From an uncultured Candidatus Saccharibacteria bacterium (lineage in GTDB: Bacteria; Patescibacteriota; Minisyncoccia; Phycocordibacterales; PALSA-1337): DNA of 64,000 nucleotides. The notes under the pieces were generated by a model. It made no database searches. It saw only the letters and a list, made by a program, of their open reading frames with translations, and was not told the origin of the DNA. Of the stretch, positions 30,350 through 40,457 are shown piece after piece (position 1 is the stretch's first letter; each line of letters opens with the position of its first letter). The DNA is taken from NCBI GenBank assembly GCA_964358005.1, contig CAYHNH010000002.1, forward strand, positions 18,596-82,595, written 5' to 3'. The translations under genes were made by a program, and so were the position numbers.

Positions 30350-30436
30350 TTTCGATTCCTCCAAATTTATGTGGTTTGTGGGAACTATGTTTAGTCGGAA
30401 TATATCACATCTAAGAGGAAATATCAAGCCCCCCGC

Positions 30437-31705
30437 TCAGAATCTATAAACCCATATTTGACCGGATGGCGACGATCCATGGCTGTAAAAAAGCAATCTT
30501 ATCCGACTGTTATCCACAATGTAATGCATCCTATTATTCCTTAGCATTTTGAAAACATACCCGTCGATAACTATAAAGCCGTGACTATTCTCGATTATGC
30601 CTTTGAGCTGCTCTAGTGTGCGGATCGGATTGACCCCGCTATAAAAGTCGGCTTCCCTTTCTGACATGCTTTGTGCTGGGATCCAGAGACCATAACGGCC
30701 AAGGTAGAGGTTCGCGAGAGCTGGATGAATCGAGATGATCACGTCATCAGGCCGCATGATTTGATGTATGAGTCCGTAGGCACCGTTGTAATCTGGTTGG
30801 GGAGAAACTAGATTGATGGCATAGGCTTTTCTCGGTATGAAATTATAAAATGGTGCTACCACTGACACCAGGATGAGAAATGCAATCAACGATCTAACGC
30901 GCTTGGGAAGCCTATTGGCCAGCGTAAGATCTACTACCTTCATACACATGTAGACAGCAAGCACGGTCCATAGGGGTAGAAATGGAAATAGCACATATCT
31001 AGGAAGCATCACCCACATATCAAGAGCGAGCAATATCGAAATATAGCCAACAAGGATCACAAAAATTAGGTACGCCACTCTTTTTTTTGACTGAAGGATG
31101 AATGACCTAGGACGGTCATGTAGCATCAGAACAAATGCGGGGAGAAATGCCAACGCCACCCAATGAGAAAGCGCGGCCAGGATAAAGAATACCATCGTCA
31201 AAGCTAGGTCTGATCGTCGCCTACTTTCAAAATATTTCCAAAGGAAAAGAGTGGTAAGAACGATAAATACCGCCAGTGCCGCATATCCCCTAGCCTGACG
31301 TGACCATGCAATCTCATAGTAAAGAAATGCGACGATAAACGCGCTCGCAAGTGACACGTCTGCCCTACTAAACAGCGCACGTGCGAGAGCATATACGCAA
31401 TATATGAGCAACGTGCCAAACAAAACCCCAGGCAACCTGACTACCCATGGATTGAACGGGTCGAATCCAAAGATTTTTATAGTGAGAGCCGCCGCGTATA
31501 CGCTTACGAAGTTATTCGTATACAAGGATCCAGAGCCCATTAAGGGGTAGCCTCGGTCCAATACAGCATGAGCGGCATGCACTGTATATGCCTCATCGAG
31601 CCAGAGCGGCTGGCAACCTAGACAATAGGCTCTAAGAAAAAAACCCGACACTATCAAAGCGCCCAGTACAAGATATCGCCAGTGACTAGTGCAAAAATTC
31701 TTCAA
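30437..31705 (-). CDS. GT-C glycosyltransferase (ArnT/PMT_2-like)
   Basis: LWLDEAYT, SRQARGYA, multi-TM. Confidence 0.8.
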   Translation of the reverse strand: MKNFCTSHWRYLVLGALIVSGFFLRAYCLGCQPLWLDEAYTVHAAHAVLDRGYPLMGSGSLYTNNFVSVYAAALTIKIFGFDPFNPWVVRLPGVLFGTLLIYCVYALARALFSRADVSLASAFIVAFLYYEIAWSRQARGYAALAVFIVLTTLFLWKYFESRRRSDLALTMVFFILAALSHWVALAFLPAFVLMLHDRPRSFILQSKKRVAYLIFVILVGYISILLALDMWVMLPRYVLFPFLPLWTVLAVYMCMKVVDLTLANRLPKRVRSLIAFLILVSVVAPFYNFIPRKAYAINLVSPQPDYNGAYGLIHQIMRPDDVIISIHPALANLYLGRYGLWIPAQSMSEREADFYSGVNPIRTLEQLKGIIENSHGFIVIDGYVFKMLRNNRMHYIVDNSRIRLLFYSHGSSPSGQIWVYRF

Positions 31706-31709
31706 TCAG

Positions 31710-32195
31710 TTAGTCAGGATACAACACTATGAAGCCTGCCGGCTTGCGGCCGTCATTGCAGGAATATGTCCGAGTCTGAAAACCCCGAGGAGGGACATAC
31801 TGGGGCATGATGTCTGAAATCGCAAGGTTCTTCGAGCCCTTTGCTGGTATCATGACAGTCGTCGAACCAAACGTAAGTTTTACAGTTGAGGTTGCGGCCA
31901 AATTCAGAAACTCGACACGCTCATCCGGAAACATCTTCAGGACGGGTACACTGGCCTTGCAGGTGGAGTCTATATACACCTTGTTCGTCTGGACAGCGGA
32001 CGTCACTGCGATACCAAGACGCTTTGACAAGGACTCATCTGTGACATTTCTGGTGAAATTGGATTCAAAGAGCACCTTAGAGTCCGCAAGACGTGATTTG
32101 CCGGACAATTGGCCCTGAAAGAATCCGTACAAATAGCCAGCAACAACTGCTACGATGAGGATGGCTGACAGAGCTACGTAGATAAGCTTATTCAT
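31710..32195 (-). CDS. membrane-anchored cupredoxin-like protein B
   Basis: TM, then C-terminal beta domain with two Cys (DSTCKA; YSCN). Confidence 0.5.
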   Translation of the reverse strand: MNKLIYVALSAILIVAVVAGYLYGFFQGQLSGKSRLADSKVLFESNFTRNVTDESLSKRLGIAVTSAVQTNKVYIDSTCKASVPVLKMFPDERVEFLNLAATSTVKLTFGSTTVMIPAKGSKNLAISDIMPQYVPPRGFQTRTYSCNDGRKPAGFIVLYPD

Positions 32196-32205
32196 GATTT
32201 ATAGA

Positions 32206-33468
32206 TTATATGCACTGGATGTCCCACGAATCGCATTCCGCGCCGCATGACATACTTGTTCCAGTAACCGTACACCCATCAAGAACATCTCCTATATACT
32301 CACCGTAGTCATTGTATGCTGGCGAATAAGTGCAATCCATCTTGCTGCACGAGCAACCGTCCCCAGAGCAATCCATGTCACCTTCGTCGCAAGAGCATGT
32401 TATCGTGTATGACACACAGACTTCTTGTTCTATACACCCACCACCCCCTCCTCCACCACCGGTCGGTGGTTCCGAAGGTGGTTCTGAAGGCGCCTCAGAT
32501 GGCGGCTCTGAAGGAGCTTCCGAGGGTGGTTCTGAAGGAGGAGTTGAAGGCGGCTCGGTTGGTGGTTCCGAGGGTGGATCAGAAGGAGGTGTCGAGGGTG
32601 GTTCCGACGGCGGTTCTGAAGGAGGAGTCGAAGGCGGCTCTGAAGGAGCTTCTGAGGGCGGTTCTGAAGGAGGAGTTGAAGGTGGCTCGGATGGTGGTAC
32701 CGAAGGAGGTTCAGATGGCGGCACACTTGGCTCTGGGGTAGGTGTAGATCCTCCACAAGCGGCCGTTCCATAGTCACTGCAACCAAGGTCACAATGATCG
32801 CCGCAGACAGTCGAACCGTCGCTACCAGTGGCTCCACACGAGGCATTTGCGCAAGGATTGGTGCATACAGGCAGCCCAGCCAATGGGCAACCGGCATCGC
32901 AAGAATCGCCGCAAGTCGTCACACCGTCGCTGCCGGTCTGGCCGCAACTCTTTCCGTCACAGACACCTACGCACGCCGCCGTTCCAGCATCTGGACACCC
33001 AGTATCGCAGTGGCTACCACAGGTGGTCGAGCCGTCAGTGCCAGTCTCGCCGCAATCATACCCGCTAGGACAGGCGCAAGCGGCGGTTCCGGCATCGGGA
33101 CAGCCTGTGTCGCAGCTGCTGCCGCAGGTCGTCACACCGTCCGACCCGGTATCTCCACAGGAGACACCGGTGCAGACATCCACTCCACAATTATTCAAGG
33201 AAACGTTCGGAGCACCGTTGTTCACAATAGAAAGCCACTCATTTTGGGTCTTTGTGCCTATGAAAAGGTTCTTGGAATTGGCATTGTCGACATCTCTACA
33301 GATGCTGTACTCGTCTATGGTCTCCACAGCCCCCGCTCCGACATCATACCAGTTGTAATTAGCCGCCAAGGCGGGTGTAATCTGAAATGAGAAAAATGAG
33401 AAAACAGCCACCGCAGCGAACGCGATCCTAAGAGCCTTGAATACTGATGTATATACGTTTCTCTTCAT
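32206..33468 (-). CDS. secreted Cys-rich repeat protein with Pro/Ser/Glu stalk
   Basis: Signal peptide, 4 six-Cys repeats, PPSE/PPST tract, Gly run, 12-Cys C-terminal domain. Confidence 0.85.
   Translation of the reverse strand: MKRNVYTSVFKALRIAFAAVAVFSFFSFQITPALAANYNWYDVGAGAVETIDEYSICRDVDNANSKNLFIGTKTQNEWLSIVNNGAPNVSLNNCGVDVCTGVSCGDTGSDGVTTCGSSCDTGCPDAGTAACACPSGYDCGETGTDGSTTCGSHCDTGCPDAGTAACVGVCDGKSCGQTGSDGVTTCGDSCDAGCPLAGLPVCTNPCANASCGATGSDGSTVCGDHCDLGCSDYGTAACGGSTPTPEPSVPPSEPPSVPPSEPPSTPPSEPPSEAPSEPPSTPPSEPPSEPPSTPPSDPPSEPPTEPPSTPPSEPPSEAPSEPPSEAPSEPPSEPPTGGGGGGGGCIEQEVCVSYTITCSCDEGDMDCSGDGCSCSKMDCTYSPAYNDYGEYIGDVLDGCTVTGTSMSCGAECDSWDIQCI
32461..32742 (-). repeat. 12-bp-unit coding tandem repeat (PPSE/PPST)
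   Basis: About 23 degenerate tetrapeptide units. Confidence 0.9.
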
Positions 33469-33854
33469 TGTGTTTTATAGTAAATTCTGCCGACATCCTT
33501 CATCTGGTCACAATCATAAGACATCGAACCTGGGGTTTTGAAAAAACCTAGGTTGACCAATTTCTTCGAGTTGGCCGGAATGACGTACTTGTTATCGATC
33601 CCGAAATAAATTGCATGCTGCCTCCTGTCGCTGTTCTTGAATGTGATCCTCGTGCCAGCTGCGGCTGGAAGCTTCACCATCTGCGGATCAGGCTCGCATC
33701 CGGTTATGTTCACCACATCTGTGACTGCCTGCCCGGCGACTGGTGAGCGGGCGTCTTTGATAGAAGAAATATATCCCCAATACATGAGGAGGCCTAGAAT
33801 CAAAATAGCAACAGCCACTTCCAGCGCTAAGGCTTTTTTAGGTTGGGTATCCAC
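33465..33854 (-). CDS. membrane-anchored cupredoxin-like protein A
   Basis: TM; ITGCEPDP..GTRITFKNSD..HAIYF..GSMSYDC. Confidence 0.6.
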   Translation of the reverse strand: MDTQPKKALALEVAVAILILGLLMYWGYISSIKDARSPVAGQAVTDVVNITGCEPDPQMVKLPAAAGTRITFKNSDRRQHAIYFGIDNKYVIPANSKKLVNLGFFKTPGSMSYDCDQMKDVGRIYYKTQ

Positions 33855-33918
33855 TTCCCGATAAGTTTACCTCATTGGGCCACTTTTAGGGCCTTTGCAC
33901 TGTGGATATCGTGACATG

Positions 33919-33948
33919 AAGAAACCCCTCCGGAAGGAGGGGTTTCTT
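33919..33948. terminator. perfect 13-bp hairpin terminator
   Basis: AAGAAACCCCTCC-GGAA-GGAGGGGTTTCTT. Confidence 0.75.
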
Positions 33949-33964
33949 TGATCCATCGGATGGA

Positions 33965-34441
33965 TTATTTCTGGGCCAAATCCTTCGGAGTTCCCCAGCA
34001 TGCCTTGGAGGAAGCCCACGGCGAAGTGCCAAATTTATCATAAAGATGCTTGGCGTAGGCGATGTTGCCCTCTATTGAATAGATGTCAACGCCGAGCTTG
34101 ACGGCATCCTCAGCGTGGTATTTTTCATTGATCTGCATGACCCCCACGTCAGCCGAATTCACTAGCCCGCGTATGACGCGGCCATCGGGACCATACTGGC
34201 GGAAGGTGGACTCACAGCGCGCAATCTCAACGAGAATGGGCGCATCCGAGAACTCCCTCTTGAGGAAAGCCTCAACCTTTTTTGCATCCGTAAGAGTCCT
34301 AGATATGGGCGCAGGCTGAGCTGGGAAAGCCTCGTTTATTTCTGCATTCACATGACCTGCTCCGTAGAGCGAAGCCATAAGGAATGCGGCACCTGTTGCG
34401 GCTTCAATCATGTTTAATAAAAAACGAGAGCCTGTAAACAT
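33965..34441 (-). CDS. lysozyme-like/transglycosylase SLT-like protein
   Basis: IARCES..RQ, DVGVMQIN, GNIAYAKHLY, PW.SS..CW; promoter TTGACG-N17-TATACT at 34472-34500. Confidence 0.8.
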   Translation of the reverse strand: MFTGSRFLLNMIEAATGAAFLMASLYGAGHVNAEINEAFPAQPAPISRTLTDAKKVEAFLKREFSDAPILVEIARCESTFRQYGPDGRVIRGLVNSADVGVMQINEKYHAEDAVKLGVDIYSIEGNIAYAKHLYDKFGTSPWASSKACWGTPKDLAQK

Positions 34442-34595
34442 GGTGTTTACTTAGCTCAGTTTTGTGATATAAGTATAGCACCTTTGGACTCATTCGTCAA
34501 TACCTAATCGTAGGGTATCCTTATTTAGAGCCATTCTCTGGACTTACTCCACAGCATTTTTGGTCATTTGGCAATAGTCACGTATAATTGGGGCT

Positions 34596-35999
34596 GTGGC
34601 CCCCCTATTTATCCTTATCACGAGCGCTGTCGCTCATTTTTGGAACTTCGGCTTCCCTGCTTCCATAGTCTTCGATGAGGTCTACTTCGGCCGTTTTGTG
34701 GCAGATTACTGGCACGGCACATACTTCTTCGACGTCCACCCACCACTCTCGAGACTGCTCATAGCTATATTCGGTAAACTCACAAGCATCGATCAGATAC
34801 CGACGGAGTGGCTCGCGGTCGGTGGAGATCTCTCGCCGGCCATGACCGCCCTGCGATTCCTACCCACACTAGCAGGAACTCTTCTGCCTGTCGTCATCTA
34901 CTTTATATGCAGGAATTTCAAATTCTCGAAAGTCTCGTCAGCGGTCGCAGCCCTGCTGATATGCTTCGAGAACTCGCTCCTAGTCCACTCGCGTTTCATA
35001 ATGCAGGAAAGCATGCTCATCTTATTCGGTTTTTTGGCGATACTCTTCTATCAGAAATATAAGATCGACGGCAAAAAGGGCTGGTTCGCCCTCTCCGCCG
35101 TGTTCATCGCATGCTCGATCTCCTCAAAATGGATCGGGCTTTCATATCTAGCGGTGATCATAGTCCTGGAGGCGTGGGATCAGATGCATAAACATGGAGT
35201 CGCTCATCGGATTAGGAGAAGCATAGTGGAGCTCATCAAGGTGGGATCGATCTACCTAGCTTTTATCGCAGTCATCTATAGCAGCTCGTTTGCGCTCCAC
35301 TTTGCCCTACTGCCCAAAACAGGCTCTGGCGACGGATTCATGACGCCAGGATTCCAGAAAACGCTCACTGGTAATAGATACGAGAATGATCAACTTCTAA
35401 GCACTCCAAATTTCTTCGAGAAGCTGATTGAGATCAATAAGCAGCTGTACCTGTCCCAGAAGAGCATCACCACAGCGCACCCTTCTGGTACAAAATGGTA
35501 CACATGGCCGATCATGCAGCGCGGCGTATACCTTTGGCATAACAATGACTGGTCTGCGCGTGAGGAAAAGAACGAGCTATACATCCTTGGCAACCCGCCT
35601 ATTTATTGGCTGGGTACGCTTTCTATAGTTTTTCTCATTATCTACACGATGTGGCTTGCGATAAGGCGCTTCAAAAAGCGCGCATGGGCTACTGTTGATC
35701 CAGACAAAAACAAGCTCCTGCTTTTCTTGCTATTCGGTTACTTGATGAATCTTCTTCCCTATTTGTTTATAGGCAGGACGCTCTTTCTCTACCATTATGA
35801 GACAGCTCTCGTATTCAGCATCATAGCCATTGCCGCAGTTTTGGAATATTTCTGTCCTACCGAGAAGCGGACCCGGGTTGCAATAGTCCTTGTTACGACA
35901 GCCTTCCTGATATTTTTATACTTCAGCCCGCTAACGTACGGGACTCCGATAACACCGAAGGAGCTTGATAAAAGAATGTGGTTGTCGACCTGGCGTTAG
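34596..35999 (+). CDS. protein O-mannosyltransferase (PMT/GT39)
   Basis: VFDEVYF, FFDVHPPL, HP...WYTWP, LGNP, RTLFLYHY. Confidence 0.9.
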   Translation: MAPLFILITSAVAHFWNFGFPASIVFDEVYFGRFVADYWHGTYFFDVHPPLSRLLIAIFGKLTSIDQIPTEWLAVGGDLSPAMTALRFLPTLAGTLLPVVIYFICRNFKFSKVSSAVAALLICFENSLLVHSRFIMQESMLILFGFLAILFYQKYKIDGKKGWFALSAVFIACSISSKWIGLSYLAVIIVLEAWDQMHKHGVAHRIRRSIVELIKVGSIYLAFIAVIYSSSFALHFALLPKTGSGDGFMTPGFQKTLTGNRYENDQLLSTPNFFEKLIEINKQLYLSQKSITTAHPSGTKWYTWPIMQRGVYLWHNNDWSAREEKNELYILGNPPIYWLGTLSIVFLIIYTMWLAIRRFKKRAWATVDPDKNKLLLFLLFGYLMNLLPYLFIGRTLFLYHYETALVFSIIAIAAVLEYFCPTEKRTRVAIVLVTTAFLIFLYFSPLTYGTPITPKELDKRMWLSTWR

Positions 36000-36033
36000 G
36001 GCGCACAAAAGCAATCTTAGTAATTTGATTGAG

Positions 36034-37668
36034 TTACTTTGTTTTCAAAACAAGCGTCGATCCTGACGAGTAAACTGTCTCGTAGGTATCCTTAAGTAGC
36101 GGATCAATCTTAAAACTCTTGGACGCACCTGCGTCTACTATGATATGAGAAATGTTGTACTTGTTGATAATCGCGCCAGCATCGCGGGCATTCTCATATA
36201 CCTTCTGCATATCGGTCTTACGTACGGATCCATCTAGACCATAGCTCCATATCCACCCAGGGTATCCTTGAACTACGCTCCGACCGGCTAAAGAGAACAC
36301 CGGATTGTTGTGGTTCAAACCAGTGAGGAAAACGCTGTCTTTCGGAGTATCGCGTCTGATGAAATCAGCTAGCTCCATATCCGCTCTTGAGAACAGCCGC
36401 GTGCTGGAATTCAGCTCACGGATGGAGACAAGGACGCCCACCGGAATCATCAGGACAATGAGGCACAGTGACGCAGCTCTTCGAAGCCAACCATTTTTCC
36501 ATAGATGTTCGAGCAGGAACGCGGTCATGACGCAAGATATCAAAAAGAATATGACTATGAATTTCGTGTTGTCCCAGGCATTCGGCTGGAACACTACGGC
36601 ATTCCCAACCACAAAAAGAAAGATGGCTCCGTTAAAGAAGGTCCGAAATCTCATCGGCGCAACAAGGTAGGCCGCAATGAAGACCGGGATATAGATGAGC
36701 AGATTCTTGAACCAGAATATTATCGGATTGGCTTCACCGAAGAATCCCAGGTGTGCGCCTGGAGACTTATCTGTCGGAAATATTAGCCACATCTGGGCAG
36801 CTGCCAGAACTATGATCGGCAAGCCGAAATAGATCAACCAACGCTTTACGATCATGTCTAATACTGCTCTCTTTCTGTACACTAGAATGATCTCTCCGCA
36901 GAACATGGCAAAGGCAATCAGACCCAAACTAATGAACGTATGCAGATGAACGAGTGGTAGAGCACACAGAACAAGCGAAAAGATAAGCAGATCTCGTTGG
37001 GTCTTCCCTTCCCAATAGCGCCAAAGGAAATATACGGCTACTAGACCTATAGTCAACCCGAATATGAACGCCCTCTGCGGCAAGATAAAATCGCTTATGA
37101 CATTTGAGAATACGACATTTGCGCCCTTCAGATACGAATAGTTCGTCGACTGATGTAGAAGCGCGTACAGGAGCGGCTTCCCTTCTCTTATATAATCAGA
37201 AATGAAATAGAAAAGCCCCCAAAGGCTCCCGCCGAACAAAAATATGATCGGCGTAAAGAATGAGCCTATCGCGCTCTTTGTGATCTTGAAAGACACGACC
37301 CAGAGACATAATATGAAAGCCATTATCGCAAGGAATGTCGGCCAAAGGAACGCATTGCGTGGCGACGCCCCAAGACTCATGAGAAGGCCGCTTATATAAT
37401 CCGGGACAAAGGGATACGAGACGGAAGTGCCTGAGAAGACTGGGTTGTCATTGAGAGTCTTAGATAGTCCCCTCAGAGCGAAGCTCGACCCCAAGGCCAT
37501 ATGTCCCGGAAGATCGCCCCAGACATTGCTAGCTGAGTACAGGCCATCAGGTTTCTCATAAAGATAGTGAGATGAGCATAGATTCCAGAAGAATATGCCG
37601 AACAGCATGTAGGCACAAAAGAATATGCCGAACAGCGTTTTATTGCTTTTTATGCGCTCAAGGATCAT
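36034..37668 (-). CDS. GT-C-like multi-pass membrane protein
   Basis: WGDLPGH, YPF..D, LPQR, C-terminal soluble domain (PKDSVFLT..LAGR..GYPGW). Confidence 0.7.
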   Translation of the reverse strand: MILERIKSNKTLFGIFFCAYMLFGIFFWNLCSSHYLYEKPDGLYSASNVWGDLPGHMALGSSFALRGLSKTLNDNPVFSGTSVSYPFVPDYISGLLMSLGASPRNAFLWPTFLAIMAFILCLWVVSFKITKSAIGSFFTPIIFLFGGSLWGLFYFISDYIREGKPLLYALLHQSTNYSYLKGANVVFSNVISDFILPQRAFIFGLTIGLVAVYFLWRYWEGKTQRDLLIFSLVLCALPLVHLHTFISLGLIAFAMFCGEIILVYRKRAVLDMIVKRWLIYFGLPIIVLAAAQMWLIFPTDKSPGAHLGFFGEANPIIFWFKNLLIYIPVFIAAYLVAPMRFRTFFNGAIFLFVVGNAVVFQPNAWDNTKFIVIFFLISCVMTAFLLEHLWKNGWLRRAASLCLIVLMIPVGVLVSIRELNSSTRLFSRADMELADFIRRDTPKDSVFLTGLNHNNPVFSLAGRSVVQGYPGWIWSYGLDGSVRKTDMQKVYENARDAGAIINKYNISHIIVDAGASKSFKIDPLLKDTYETVYSSGSTLVLKTK

Positions 37669-37745
37669 GTAATAAGGAAATTTTAGCACGACTAGCGCTA
37701 AAAACAGCTGTGTGTTATGATATTTCGACCTAATAAAACACCTAT

Positions 37746-38018
37746 ATGGCACATCGCAAAGCGGAAGGCACAACAAAAAACGGGCGTGATTCAAACCCGA
37801 AATACCTAGGCGTCAAGATAAACCACGGCCAGGCTGTCGGCGTAGGTCAGATCATCATCCGCCAGCGCGGCACAGACGTACTCCCAGGCAGGAATGTTGG
37901 TACAGGCAAGGACTATACCCTCTTCGCCTTGAAGGACGGCAAGGTCTCTTTTGGTACCAAGCGCAAGACTAGCTACAACAACGACATCGAGCGCAAGAAG
38001 ATAGTGCACGTCGTCTAG
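37746..38018 (+). CDS. rpmA: 50S ribosomal protein L27
   Basis: [28 protein letters not shown]. Confidence 0.98.
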   Translation: MAHRKAEGTTKNGRDSNPKYLGVKINHGQAVGVGQIIIRQRGTDVLPGRNVGTGKDYTLFALKDGKVSFGTKRKTSYNNDIERKKIVHVV

Positions 38019-38032
38019 GTTAACTCCTTTAG

Positions 38033-38159
38033 GGAAGGTCGTGCAATCAGTCGAAACAGACTTTCGGAGGAGATTTCTAGCAGGAAATCTCCGAGAACAG
38101 AACCGACCCTCTGCAGAGGGTCGAGTTCGGGTCTGTTGAGGTTGATTGCACGACCTTTC
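38033..38159 (+). ncRNA. Y-shaped structured element
   Basis: 20-bp closing stem with 3 G-U pairs, inner stem, hairpins with AGCA and TGCA loops. Confidence 0.5.
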
Positions 38160-38169
38160 GCATGTATAC

Positions 38170-39663
38170 CTATACGTTTTGGAAAATCGATATGCTGGCA
38201 AAAAAGCAAATTGAGCAAAGGATGAATAAATAAATAACCGATACAAGCAAACCAGCGAAAAATCCACTGAATCTCGACCCCTTAGATCTAAGGTCAGCGA
38301 TTATATAAGCCAAAAGAGCTGAAACAGGGATGACTATCGGGTAAACGAAACGGAAATCTGAACTCGGAAAATAAGGGTAGAGATATCGTCCAACAACAGC
38401 TGACACAATCAAAAGCGCGATCGAGAATAGGGTGAGCACTCGCATAGGCGCATCGGATTGAATCGCAAAAAAATCCCTAGTGAATCCTTTTGCAATAAAC
38501 ATAAGCCCGACCACCATGGCCAACAGCATAAGAATAAGAAGGTAGCTCATCAGAATCGCCTGAAATGCAAACGTATTTCCATCAAAACGATACTCTCCAA
38601 AAAGAGAGCTCTTTAGGAAAACATTCAGGAAGTACTGCCGCCCAGTGGTATCGTGGCTTAGGTCCATGAATGGATACTGAACAAAAGACTGCAGGTCGAA
38701 ACTGATGAAATTTTTGATATCATTTGTCGTAAGTACATCAGTCATTAAAATTGCATTAGGATTCAACTCCGATCTAAAATCAAAAGCCTTGTTCCCATAA
38801 AACTTGCTATGTCTAAGACCTGCAAAACACAATAAGATCAATACCGCTGGCAACATTATCTTGCAGACATCGATCAGTATCTCTTTCTTGCTTTTGGCTA
38901 GGATGAGCTTAAGCAAAATCGCAATAATAATAACAGCGAGCAGCACGAGACCGGTACCCTTGGTAAGCAGAGAAGCGATCAGGAAAATAACTGACAATAG
39001 TAAGCTTTTCCATCGGGCGTCCTTGAACCATTTTGTGATGAAATAAGCTCCGCCAGCTATAAAAAAATATGATAAAGCGTCGTTATTTATTGTAACTGAG
39101 GTGATGATCCCCGCAGGCCAGAAGATGAGCAGCATCGCTGAAAGATTAAAATATATATCGTTTGTTCCCTCTGGGATAAACAAACGCAATAGCTTAATCC
39201 CAAAATATAGGAAACCGACACTAGCGAGAAGCGATAGCAGCTGTAAAATCAACAATCCTTCACCATCATTAGAACAAGAGCTGAAATAACATACAGGGCT
39301 CACACTCATGTAATATAAAGGCGGATGGAAACCTTCCCAGCAATCGTTAGCTGATGGGAGGGAGTGATTGCTTGATATGTAATTGATATTGCAGATATGG
39401 CCTTGCACATCGTGACCGCGTACAAATGGGGGCGTTTCGCTAAGATATGCAATACGCAGAAGCAAGCCCGCGAGAAGAATCAGCGTTACCAGGTAACTGC
39501 CGGCAATAGGTTTCTTCCTAGCTATGTATAGGAGAACAATAGCGCTAGTCAACGCCAGGATTATAGGAATGTATGGTGCTGCTACAAAATTAGCGCTGTG
39601 GAAAGAATTTACTAGGATCATCAGGAAAAGAACTATCAGTCCGATGAAAGCTAGATTTTTCAC
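38170..39663 (-). CDS. GT-C-like membrane glycosyltransferase
   Basis: HDVQGH, FHPPLYY, INND, LTKG; AT-rich. Confidence 0.7.
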   Translation of the reverse strand: MKNLAFIGLIVLFLMILVNSFHSANFVAAPYIPIILALTSAIVLLYIARKKPIAGSYLVTLILLAGLLLRIAYLSETPPFVRGHDVQGHICNINYISSNHSLPSANDCWEGFHPPLYYMSVSPVCYFSSCSNDGEGLLILQLLSLLASVGFLYFGIKLLRLFIPEGTNDIYFNLSAMLLIFWPAGIITSVTINNDALSYFFIAGGAYFITKWFKDARWKSLLLSVIFLIASLLTKGTGLVLLAVIIIAILLKLILAKSKKEILIDVCKIMLPAVLILLCFAGLRHSKFYGNKAFDFRSELNPNAILMTDVLTTNDIKNFISFDLQSFVQYPFMDLSHDTTGRQYFLNVFLKSSLFGEYRFDGNTFAFQAILMSYLLILMLLAMVVGLMFIAKGFTRDFFAIQSDAPMRVLTLFSIALLIVSAVVGRYLYPYFPSSDFRFVYPIVIPVSALLAYIIADLRSKGSRFSGFFAGLLVSVIYLFILCSICFFASISIFQNV

Positions 39664-39728
39664 ATGGATATTTTAACATACTCTATATCCAATTCAGAAA
39701 AAAAAGTGCTAAAGTACAAGCAAAAAAC

Positions 39729-40445
39729 ATGGCAACCCCTATGATGAAAATGTTAAGGATCGCCAGGGCGTCAGGGTCACCTGAATCATATTATAATTCC
39801 ATTGCTGGTTTATATGACCATGGAAAAAAGAAGAACCTCTATTATTTTGATAATCTAGTTAGTCTTTATAGATTTTTTATACCTACTGGAAGGAATATAT
39901 TGGAGATTGGCTGTGGGACTGGCGACCTTATAACTAAGCTCGATGCGCGCGAGGCGCTTGGGATAGATTTGAGCGCTGAAATGATAAAAACTGCGCAAAG
40001 AAAATATCATAACCTCAAAAAAATCAGATTCGAACGCATGGACATAACATCTTCCTCCGAATTATTTCGAACCGAGTACATAATGATAGTCGATGTGCTT
40101 GAACATGTGATCGATGTGCCTAAATTCATCAAGCAGGTTTATATACGCGCCCCAAGAGAAGCAAGGGTGATCATCTCAGTCGCAAATCCGATCTGGGAGC
40201 CATTTTTAATGCTAGCTGAAAAATTACGCATGAAGATCCCCGAAGGACCCCACAAACGCCTTACCATTAAGAAAACCGAGGAAATCTATGGCCAAGCTGG
40301 CTTTCTGATCGAGCAAAAAGGCTATAGACTCCTTGTACCAAAAAGACTTCCATTTTCGGATTGGATAAATGAGCGATTTTATAGGAGCAGACTGATGGGT
40401 CACCTAGGCCTAGTGGTATTCTGGGTTTTAGTGAAGCGAACCTAA
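39729..40445 (+). CDS. class I SAM-dependent methyltransferase
   Basis: ILEIGCGTG, GIDLS, DVLEHV. Confidence 0.88.
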   Translation: MATPMMKMLRIARASGSPESYYNSIAGLYDHGKKKNLYYFDNLVSLYRFFIPTGRNILEIGCGTGDLITKLDAREALGIDLSAEMIKTAQRKYHNLKKIRFERMDITSSSELFRTEYIMIVDVLEHVIDVPKFIKQVYIRAPREARVIISVANPIWEPFLMLAEKLRMKIPEGPHKRLTIKKTEEIYGQAGFLIEQKGYRLLVPKRLPFSDWINERFYRSRLMGHLGLVVFWVLVKRT

Positions 40446-40457
40446 ATCAACCTTTCC

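Noticed and set aside
32316-33390. Plus-strand ORFs with GGSE or other repeats
   Set aside because: Antisense shadows of the Cys-rich/PPSE gene, which has a signal peptide and operon context
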